64,000 bases of DNA, from NCBI RefSeq assembly GCF_009914755.1, contig NC_060931.1; one strand, given 5' to 3'. Position 1 is the first letter of the stretch. Each line of letters opens with the position of its first letter. A program made the position numbers and the translations under genes. Origin of the DNA: the human T2T-CHM13v2.0 reference genome, Homo sapiens. The notes under the pieces are model-generated. The model made no database searches. It saw nothing but the letters and a program-made list of their open reading frames with translations, and was not told where the DNA came from. Shown piece by piece: positions 53,601-64,000 of this stretch.

Positions 53601-56600
53601 CGTTGGAAACGGGATTTCTTCATTGAATGCTAGACGGAAGAATTCTCAGTAAATTCTTTGTGTTGTGTGCATTCAACTCACAGAGTGGAACGTCCCTTTA
53701 GACAGAGCAGATTTGAAACACTCTTTTTGCGGAATTTGCAAGTGGAGATTTCTAGCCATTTGATGCCAACAGTAGAAAGGGAAATATCTTCAAATAAAAA
53801 CCAGACAGAATCATTCTCAGAAAATTCTTTGTGATGTGTGCGTTCAACTCACATAGTTTAACCTTTCTTTTCATAGAGCAGTTTGGAAACACTCTGTTTG
53901 TAAAGTCTGCAAGTGGATATATGGACCGCATTGAGGCCTTCGTTGGAAACGGGATTTCTTCATTTCATGCTAGACAGAAGAATTCTCAGTAACTTCTTTG
54001 TGCTGTGTGTATTCAACTCACAGAGTGGAACGTCCCTTTGCACAGAGCAGATTTGAAACACTCTTTTTGTGGAGTTTGCAAGTGGAGATTTCAAGCGATT
54101 TGATGCCAACAGTAGAAAAGGAAATATCTTCAAATAAAAACTAGACAGAATCATTCTCAGAAACTACTTTGTGATGTGTGCCTTCAACTCACAGAGTTTA
54201 ACCTTTCTTTTCTTAGAGCAGTTTAGAAACACTCTGCTTGTTATGTCTGCAAGTGGATATTTGGACCTCTTTGAGGCCTTCGTTGCAAACGGGGTTTCTT
54301 CCTTTCATGCTAGACTAAGAAGAGTTCTCAGTAACTTTTTTGTGTTGTGTGTATTCAACTCACAGAGTTGAACCTTGCTTTAGAGAGAGCAGATTTGAAA
54401 CACTCTTGCTGTGGCATTTTCAGGTGGAGATTTCAAGAGATTTGAGGACAATTGCAGAAAAGGAAATATCTTCGTATAATAACCAGACAGAATCATTCTC
54501 AGAAAGTGCTTTGTGATGTGTGCGTTCAACTCACAGAGTTTAACCTTTCTTTTCATAGAGGAGTTTGGAAACACACTGTTTGTAAAGTCTGCAAGTGGAT
54601 ATATGGACCTGTTTGAGGCCTTCGTTGGAAACGGGATTTTTCATTGAATGCTAGACGGAAGAATTCTCAGTAAATTCTTTGTGTTGTGTGCATTCAACTC
54701 ACAGAGTGGAACGTCCCTTTAGACAGAGCAGATTTGAAACACTCTTTTTGCGGAATTTGCAAGTGGAGATTTCTAGCCATTTGATGCCAACAGTAGAAAG
54801 GGAAATATCTTCAAATAAAAACCAGACAGAATCATTCTCAGAAAATTCTTTGTGATGTGTGCGTTCAACTCACATAGTTTAACCTTTCTTTTCATAGAGC
54901 AGTTTGGAAACACTCTGTTTGTAAAGTCTGCAAGTGGATATATGGACCGCATTGAGGCCTTCGTTGGAAACGGGATTTCTTCATTTCATGCTAGACAGAA
55001 GAATTCTCAGTAACTTCTTTGTGCTGTGTGTATTCAACTCACAGAGTGGAACGTCCCTTTGCACAGAGCAGATTTGAAACACTCTTTTTGTGGAATTTGC
55101 AAGTGGAGATTTCAAGCGATTTGATGCCAACAGTAGAAAAGGAAATATCTTCAAATAAAAACTAGACAGAATCATTCTCAGAAACTACTTTGTGATGTGT
55201 GCCTTCAACTCACAGAGTTTAACCTTTCTTTTCTTAGAGCAGTTTAGAAACACTCTGCTTGTTATGTCTGCAAGTGGATATTTGGACCACTTTGAGGCCT
55301 TCGTTGCAAACGGGGTTTCTTCCTTTCATGCTAGACTAAGAAGAGTTCTCAGTAACTTTTTTGTGTTGTGTGTATTCAACTCACAGAGTTGAACCTTGCT
55401 TTAGAGAGAGTAGATTTGAAACACTCTTGCTGTGGCATTTTCAGGTGGAGATTTCAAGCGATTTGAGGACAATTGCAGAAAAGGAAATATCTTCGTATAA
55501 TAACCAGACAGAATCATTCTCAGAAAGTGCTTTGTGATGTGTGCGTTCAACTCACAGAGTTTAACCTTTCTTTTCATAGAGGAGTTTGGAAACACACTGT
55601 TTGTAAAGTCTGCAAGTGGATATATGGACCTGTTTGAGGCCTTCGTTGGAAACGGGATTTTTCATTGAATGCTAGACGGAAGAATTCTCAGTAAATTCTT
55701 TGTGTTGTGTGCATTCAACTCACAGAGTGGAACGTCCCTTTAGACAGAGCAGATTTGAAACACTCTTTTTGCGGAATTTGCAAGTGGAGATTTCTAGCCA
55801 TTTGATGCCAACAGTAGAAAGGGAAATATCTTCAAATAAAAACCAGACAGAATCATTCTCAGAAAATTCTTTGTGATGTGTGCGTTCAACTCACATAGTT
55901 TAACCTTTCTTTTCATAGAGCAGTTTGGAAACACTCTGTTTGTAAAGTCTGCAAGTGGATATATGGACCGCATTGAGGCCTTCGTTGGAAACGGGATTTC
56001 TTCATTTCATGCTAGACAGAAGAATTCTCAGTAACTTCTTTGTGCTGTGTGTATTCAACTCACAGAGTGGAACGTCCCTTTGCACAGAGCAGATTTGAAA
56101 CACTCTTTTTGTGGAGTTTGCAAGTGGAGATTTCAAGCGATTTGATGCCAACAGTAGAAAAGGAAATATCTTCAAATAAAAACTAGACAGAATCATTCTC
56201 AGAAACTACTTTGTGATGTGTGCCTTCAACTCACAGAGTTTAACCTTTCTTTTCTTAGAGCAGTTTAGAAACACTCTGCTTGTTATGTCTGCAAGTGGAT
56301 ATTTGGACCTCTTTGAGGCCTTCGTTGCAAACGGGGTTTCTTCCTTTCATGCTAGACTAAGAAGAGTTCTCAGTAACTTTTTTGTGTTGTGTGTATTCAA
56401 CTCACAGAGTTGAACCTTGCTTTAGAGAGAGCAGATTTGAAACACTCTTGCTGTGGCATTTTCAGGTGGAGATTTCAAGCGATTTGAGGACAATTGCAGA
56501 AAAGGAAATATCTTCGTATAATAACCAGACAGAATCATTCTCAGAAAGTGCTTTGTGATGTGTGCGTTCAACTCACAGAGTTTAACCTTTCTTTTCATAG

Positions 56601-59600
56601 AGGAGTTTGGAAACACACTGTTTGTAAAGTCTGCAAGTGGATATATGGACCTGTTTGAGGCCTTCGTTGGAAACGGGATTTCTTCATTGAATGCTAGACG
56701 GAAGAATTCTCAGTAAATTCTTTGTGTTGTGTGCATTCAACTCACAGAGTGGAACGTCCCTTTAGACAGAGCAGATTTGAAACACTCTTTTTGCGGAATT
56801 TGCAAGTGGAGATTTCTAGCCATTTGATGCCAACAGTAGAAAGGGAAATATCTTCAAATAAAAACCAGACAGAATCATTCTCAGAAAATTCTTTGTGATG
56901 TGTGCGTTCAACTCACATAGTTTAACCTTTCTTTTCATAGAGCAGTTTGGAAACACTCTGTTTGTAAAGTCTGCAAGTGGATATATGGACCGCATTGAGG
57001 CCTTCGTCGGAAACGGGATTTCTTCATTTCATGCTAGACAGAAGAATTCTCAGTAACTTCTTTGTGCTGTGTGTATTCAACTCACAGAGTGGAACGTCCC
57101 TTTGCACAGAGCAGATTTGAAACACTCTTTTTGTGGAGTTTGCAAGTGGAGATTTCAAGCGATTTGATGCCAACAGTAGAAAAGGAAATATCTTCAAATA
57201 AAAACTAGACAGAATCATTCTCAGAAACTACTTTGTGATGTGTGCCTTCAACTCACAGAGTTTAACCTTTCTTTTCTTAGAGCAGTTTAGAAACACTCTG
57301 CTTGTTATGTCTGCAAGTGGATATTTGGACCTCTTTGAGGCCTTCGTTGCAAACGGGGTTTCTTCCTTTCATGCTAGACTAAGAAGAGTTCTCAGTAACT
57401 TTTTTGTGTTGTGTGTATTCAACTCACAGAGTTGAACCTTGCTTTAGAGAGAGCAGATTTGAAACACTCTTGCTGTGGCATTTTCAGGTGGAGATTTCAA
57501 GCGATTTGAGGACAATTGCAGAAAAGGAAATATCTTCGTATAATAACCAGACAGAATCATTCTCAGAAAGTGCTTTGTGATGTGTGCGTTCAACTCACAG
57601 AGTTTAACCTTTCTTTTCATGGAGGAGTTTGGAAACACACTGTTTGTAAAGTCTGCAAGTGGATATATGGACGTGTTTGAGGCCTTCGTTGGAAACGGGA
57701 TTTCTTCATTGAATGCTAGACGGAAGAATTCTCAGTAAATTCTTTGTGTTGTGTGCATTCAACTCACAGAGTGGAACGTCCCTTTAGACAGAGCAGATTT
57801 GAAACACTCTTTTTGCGGAATTTGCAAGTGGAGATTTCTAGCCATTTGATGCCAACAGTAGAAAGGGAAATATCTTCAAATAAAAACCAGACAGAATCAT
57901 TCTCAGAAAATTCTTTGTGATGTGTGCGTTCAACTCACATAGTTTAACCTTTCTTTTCATAGAGCAGTTTGGAAACACTCTGTTTGTAAAGTCTGCAAGT
58001 GGATATATGGACCGCATTGAGGCCTTCGTTGGAAACGGGATTTCTTCATTTCATGCTAGACAGAAGAATTCTCAGTAACTTCTTTGTGCTGTGTGTATTC
58101 AACTCACAGAGTGGAACGTCCCTTTGCACAGAGCAGATTTGAAACACTCTTTTTGTGGAATTTGCAAGTGGAGATTTCAAGCGATTTGATGCCAACAGTA
58201 GAAAAGGAAATATCTTCAAATAAAAACTAGACAGAATCATTCTCAGAAACTACTTTGTGATGTGTGCCTTCAACTCACAGAGTTTAACCTTTCTTTTCTT
58301 AGAGCAGTTTAGAAACACTCTGCTTGTTATGTCTGCAAGTGGATATTTGGACCACTTTGAGGCCTTCGTTGCAAACGGGGTTTCTTCCTTTCATGCTAGA
58401 CTAAGAAGAGTTCTCAGTAACTTTTTTGTGTTGTGTGTATTTAACTCACAGAGTTGAACCTTGCTTTAGAGAGAGCAGATTTGAAACACTCTTGCTGTGG
58501 CATTTTCAGGTGGAGATTTCAAGCGATTTGAGGACAATTGCAGAAAAGGAAATATCTTCGTATAATAACCAGACAGAATCATTCTCAGAAAGTGCTTTGT
58601 GATGTGTGCGTTCAACTCACAGAGTTTAACCTTTCTTTTCATAGAGGAGTTTGGAAACACACTGTTTGTAAAGTCTGCAAGTGGATATATGGACCTGTTT
58701 GAGGCCTTCGTTGGAAACGGGATTTCTTCATTGAATGCTAGACGGAAGAATTCTCAGTAAATTCTTTGTGTTGTGTGCATTCAACTCACAGAGTGGAACG
58801 TCCCTTTAGACACAGCAGATTTGAAACACTCTTTTTGCGGAATTTGCAAGTGGAGATTTCTAGCCATTTGATGCCAACAGTAGAAAGGGAAATATCTTCA
58901 AATAAAAACCAGACAGAATCATTCTCAGAAAATTCTTTGTGATGTGTGCGTTCAACTCACATAGTTTAACCTTTCTTTTCATAGAGCAGTTTGGAAACAC
59001 TCTGTTTGTAAAGTCTGCAAGTGGATATATGGACCGCATTGAGGCCTTCATTGGAAACGGGATTTCTTCATTTCATGCTAGACAGAAGAATTCTCAGTAA
59101 CTTCTTTGTGCTGTGTGTATTCAACTCACAGAGTGGAACGTCCCTTTACACAGAGCAGATTTGAAACACTCTTTTTGTGGAGTTTGCAAGTGGAGATTTC
59201 AAGCGATTTGATGCCAACAGTAGAAAAGGAAATATCTTCAAATAAAAACTAGACAGAATCATTCTCAGAAACTACTTTGTGATGTGTGCCTTCAACTCAC
59301 AGAGTTTAACCTTTCTTTTCTTAGAGCAGTTTAGAAACACTCTGCTTGTTATGTCTGCAAGTGGATATTTGGACCTCTTTGAGGCCTTCGTTGCAAACGG
59401 GGTTTCTTCCTTTCATGCTAGACTAAGAAGAGTTCTCAGTAACTTTTTTGTGTTGTGTGTATTCAACTCACAGAGTTGAACCTTGCTTTAGAGAGAGCAG
59501 ATTTGAAACACTCTTGCTGTGGCATTTTCAGGTGGAGATTTCAAGCGATTTGAGGACAATTGCAGAAAAGGAAATATCTTCGTATAATAACCAGACAGAA

Positions 59601-62600
59601 TCATTCTCAGAAAGTGCTTTGTGATGTGTGCGTTCAACTCACAGAGTTTAACCTTTCTTTTCATAGAGGAGTTTGGAAACACACTGTTTGTAAAGTCTGC
59701 AAGTGGATACATAGACCTGTTTGAGGCCTTCGTTGGAAACGGGATTTCTTCATTGAATGCTAGACGGAAGAATTCTCAGTAAATTCTTTGTGTTGTGTGC
59801 ATTCAACTCACAGAGTGGAACGTCCCTTTAGACAGAGCAGATTTGAAACACTCTTTTTGCGGAATTTGCAAGTGGAGATTTCTAGCCATTTGATGCCAAC
59901 AGTAGAAAGGGAAATATCTTCAAATAAAAACCAGACAGAATCATTCTCAGCAAATTCTTTGTGATGTGTGCGTTCAACTCACATAGTTTAACCTTTCTTT
60001 TCATAGAGCAGTTTGGAAACACTCTGTTTGTAAAGTCTGCAAGTGGATATATGGACCGCATTGAGGCCTTCGTTGGAAACGGGATTTCTTCATTTCATGC
60101 TAGACAGAAGAATTCTCAGTAACTTCTTTGTGCTGTGTGTATTCAACTCACAGAGTGGAACGTCCCTTTGCACAGAGCAGATTTGAAACACTCTTTTTGT
60201 GGAGTTTGCAAGTGGAGATTTCAAGCGATTTGATGCCAACAGTAGAAAAGGAAATATCTTCAAATAAAAACTAGACAGAATCATTCTCAGAAACTACTTT
60301 GTGATGTGTGCCTTCAACTCACAGAGTTTAACCTTTCTTTTCTTAGAGCAGTTTAGAAACACTCTGCTTGTTATGACTGCAAGTGGATATTTGGACCTCT
60401 TTGAGGCCTTCGTTGCAAACGGGGTTTCTTCCTTTCATGCTAGACTAAGAAGAGTTCTCAGTAACTTTTTTGTGTTGTGTGTATTCAACTCACAGAGTTG
60501 AACCTTGCTTTAGAGAGAGCAGATTTGAAACACTCTTGCTGTGGCATTTTCAGGTGGAGATTTCAAGCGATTTGAGGACAATTGCAGAAAAGGAAATATC
60601 TTCGCATAATAACCAGACAGAATCATTCTCAGAAAGTGCTTTGTGATGTGTGCGTTCAACTCACAGAGTGTAACCTTTCTTTTCATAGACGAGTTTGGAA
60701 ACACACTGTTTGTAAAGTCTGCAAGTGGATATATGGACCTGTTTGAGGCCTTCGTTGGAAACGGGATTTCTTCATTGAATGCTAGACGGAAGAATTCTCA
60801 GTAAATTCTTTGTGTTGTGTGCATTCAACTCACAGAGTGGAACGTCCCTTTAGACAGAGCAGATTTGAAACACTCTTTTTGCGGAATTTGCAAGTGGAGA
60901 TTTCTAGCCATTTGATGCCAACAGTAGAAAGGGAAATATCTTCAAATAAAAACCAGACAGAATCATTCTCAGAAAATTCTTTGTGATGTGTGCGTTCAAC
61001 TCACATAGTTTAACCTTTCTTTTCATAGAGCAGTTTGGAAACACTCTGTTTGTAAAGTCTGCAAGTGGATATATGGACCGCATTGAGGCCTTCGTTGGAA
61101 ACGGGATTTCTTCATTTCATGCTAGACAGAAGAATTCTCAGTAACTTCTTTGTGCTGTGTGTATTCAACTCACAGAGTGGAACGTCCCTTTACACAGAGC
61201 AGATTTGAAACACTCTTTTTGTGGAGTTTGCAAGTGGAGATTTCAAGCGATTTGATGCCAACAGTAGAAAAGGAAATATCTTCAAATAAAAACTAGACAG
61301 AATCATTCTCAGAAACTACTTTGTGATGTGTGCCTTCAACTCACAGAGTTTAACCTTTCTTTTCTTAGAGCAGTTTAGAAACACTCTGCTTGTTATGACT
61401 GCAAGTGGATATTTGGACCTCTTTGAGGCCTTCGTTGCAAACGGGGTTTCTTCCTTTCATGCTAGACTAAGAAGAGTTCTCAGTAACTTTTTTGTGTTGT
61501 GTGTATTCAACTCACAGAGTTGAACCTTGCTTTAGAGAGAGCAGATTTGAAACACTCTTGCTGTGGCATTTTCAGGTGGAGATTTCAAGCGATTTGAGGA
61601 CAATTGCAGAAAAGGAAATATCTTCGTATAATAACCAGACAGAATCATTCTCAGAAAGTGCTTTGTGATGTGTGCGTTCAACTCACAGAGTTTAACCTTT
61701 CTTTTCATAGAGGAGTTTGGAAACACACTGTTTGTAAGGACTGCAAGTGGATATATGGACCTGTTTGAGGCCTTCGTTGGAAACGGGATTTCTTCATTGA
61801 ATGCTAGACGGAAGAATTCTCAGTAAATTCTTTGTGTTGTGTGCATTCAACTCACAGAGTGGAACGTCCCTTTAGACACAGCAGATTTGAAACACTCTTT
61901 TTGCGGAATTTGCAAGTGGAGATTTCTAGCCATTTGATGCCAACAGTAGAAAGGGAAATATCTTCAAATAAAAACCAGACAGAATCATTCTCAGCAAATT
62001 CTTTGTGATGTGTGCGTTCAACTCACATAGTTTAACCTTTCTTTTCATAGAGCAGTTTGGAAACACTCTGTTTGTAAAGTCTGCAAGTGGATATATGGAC
62101 CGCATTGAGGCCTTCGTTGGAAACGGGATTTCTTCATTTCATGCTAGACAGAAGAATTCTCAGTAACTTCTTTGTGCTGTGTGTATTCAACTCACAGAGT
62201 GGAACGTCCCTTTGCACAGAGCAGATTTGAAACACTCTTTTTGTGGAGTTTGCAAGTGGAGATTTCAAGCGATTTGATGCCAACAGTAGAAAAGGAAATA
62301 TCTTCAAATAAAAACTAGACAGAATCATTCTCAGAAACTACTTTGTGATGTGTGCCTTCAACTCACAGAGTTTAACCTTTCTTTTCTTAGAGCAGTTTAG
62401 AAACACTCTGCTTGTTATGACTGCAAGTGGATATTTGGACCTCTTTGAGGCCTTCGTTGCAAACGGGCTTTCTTCCTTTCATGCTAGACTAAGAAGAGTT
62501 CTCAGTAACTTTTTTGTGTTGTGTGTATTCAACTCACAGAGTTGAACCTTGCTTTAGAGAGAGCAGATTTGAAACACTCTTGCTGTGGCATTTTCAGGTG

Positions 62601-63343
62601 GAGATTTCAAGCGATTTGAGGACAATTGCAGAAAAGGAAATATCTTCGTATAATAACCAGACAGAATCATTCTCAGAAAGTGCTTTGTGATGTGTGCGTT
62701 CAACTCACAGAGTTTAACCTTTCTTTTCATAGAGGAGTTTGGAAACACACTGTTTGTAAGGACTGCAAGTGGATATATGGACCTGTTTGAGGCCTTCGTT
62801 GGAAACGGGATTTCTTCATTGAATGCTAGACGGAAGAATTCTCAGTAAATTCTTTGTGTTGTGTGCATTCAACTCACAGAGTGGAACGTCCCTTTAGACA
62901 CAGCAGATTTGAAACACTCTTTTTGCGGAATTTGCAAGTGGAGATTTCTAGCCATTTGATGCCAACAGTAGAAAGGGAAATATCTTCAAATAAAAACCAG
63001 ACAGAATCATTCTCAGAAAATTCTTTGTGATGTGTGCGTTCAACTCACATAGTTTAACCTTTCTTTTCATAGAGCAGTTTGGAAACACTCTGTTTGTAAA
63101 GTCTGCAAGTGGATATATGGACCGCATTGAGGCCTTCGTTGGAAACGGGATTTCTTCATTTCATGCTAGACAGAAGAATTCTCAGTAACTTCTTTGTGCT
63201 GTGTGTATTCAACTCACAGAGTGGAACGTCCCTTTGCACAGAGCAGATTTGAAACACTCTTTTTGTGGAGTTTGCAAGTGGAGATTTCAAGCGATTTGAT
63301 GCCAACAGTAGAAAAGGAAATATCTTCAAATAAAAACTAGACA

Positions 63344-64000
63344 GAATCATTCTCAGAAACTACTTTGTGATGTGTGCCTTCAACTCACAGAGTTTAACCT
63401 TTCTTTTCTTAGAGCAGTTTAGAAACACTCTGCTTGTTATGTCTGCAAGTGGATATTTGGACCTCTTTGAGGCCTTCGTTGCAAACGGGGTTTCTTCCTT
63501 TCATGCTAGACTAAGAAGAGTTCTCAGTAACTTTTTTGTGTTGTGTGTATTCAACTCACAGAGTTGAACCTTGCTTTAGAGAGAGCAGATTTGAAACACT
63601 CTTGCTGTGGCATTTTCAGGTGGAGATTTCAAGCGATTTGAGGACAATTGCAGAAAAGGAAATATCTTCGTATAATAACCAGACAGAATCATTCTCAGAA
63701 AGTGCTTTGTGATGTGTGCGTTCAACTCACAGAGTTTAACCTTTCTTTTCATAGAGGAGTTTGGAAACACACTGTTTGTAAAGTCTGCAAGTGGATATAT
63801 GGACCTGTTTGAGGCCTTCGTTGGAAACGGGATTTCTTCATTGAATGCTAGACGGAAGAATTCTCAGTAAATTCTTTGTGTTGTGTGCATTCAACTCACA
63901 GAGTGGAACGTCCCTTTAGACAGAGCAGATTTGAAACACTCTTTTTGCGGAATTTGCAAGTGGAGATTTCTAGCCATTTGATGCCAACAGTAGAAAGGGA
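63344..64000 (+). repeat. Partial HOR copy 63, truncated by the window edge
   Basis: Consensus-like HOR sequence runs to the last base with no junction. Confidence 0.95.

Larger units (their letters stand above)
1..64000 (+). repeat. Alpha-satellite higher-order repeat array, 1022-bp 6-mer, about 62.6 tandem copies (active-type centromeric array)
   Basis: The motif gaatcattctcagaaactac recurs at 1, 1023, 2045 ... 63344. The ORF track repeats with a 1022-bp period, apart from 1018, 1019 and 1021 where small deletions occur. There is a ~171-bp sub-period with alphoid hallmark motifs (cattctcagaaa, ttcaactcacagag, tttgaaacactct, CENP-B box). Copies differ by only a few bases per kb. Confidence 0.99.

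Noticed and set aside
24-63770. About 180 ORFs of 63-74 aa recurring on both strands
   Set aside because: They are chance open frames of the satellite, repeated once per HOR. They are gained and lost through single variants (for example, stops in copies 16, 19, 22, 30, 31 and 34), show no recognisable domain, and have no gene context.
1-64000. CRISPR-like or other repeat-spacer system
   Set aside because: There are no unique spacers, since the sequence between conserved motifs is itself repeated, and no associated genes are present.
1-64000. A previously undescribed biological system or hidden code in the variant pattern
   Set aside because: The order of variants is explained by tandem duplication, conversion and CpG decay, all known for alpha-satellite. 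Nothing in the sequence requires another explanation.
1-64000. L1, Alu or other mobile-element insertion
   Set aside because: The HOR period is never interrupted by more than 4 bp, leaving no room for an insertion.

Overview
The whole 64 kb window is one uninterrupted, single-orientation array of primate (human-type) centromeric alpha-satellite. It holds 62 complete copies plus one partial copy of a 1022-bp higher-order repeat (HOR) made of six monomers (171+171+169+171+169+171 bp). The monomers alternate between CENP-B-box-bearing and box-less types, the dimeric layout of suprachromosomal family 1 (SF1). The 6-mer length and the EcoRI pattern (340 + 682 bp per HOR) best fit the chromosome 7 active array D7Z1 (S1C7H1L); this assignment is from recall, not from a search. 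I see no genes, transposons, inversions or HORs with altered monomer number, and all listed ORFs are by-products of the repeat. I find no evidence of a new biological system. The informative content is the pattern of small variants between HOR copies: nested 1-, 2-, 3- and 4-HOR duplications, an echo of a 4-HOR block 19.4 kb away, a shift in variant content near 37-44 kb, five CENP-B boxes disrupted at the same base, and variants that appear to move between different monomers. All variants were read by eye, so a few may have been missed. HOR copies are numbered from position 1 (copy n starts at 1+1022(n-1) until the first indel, in copy 25).
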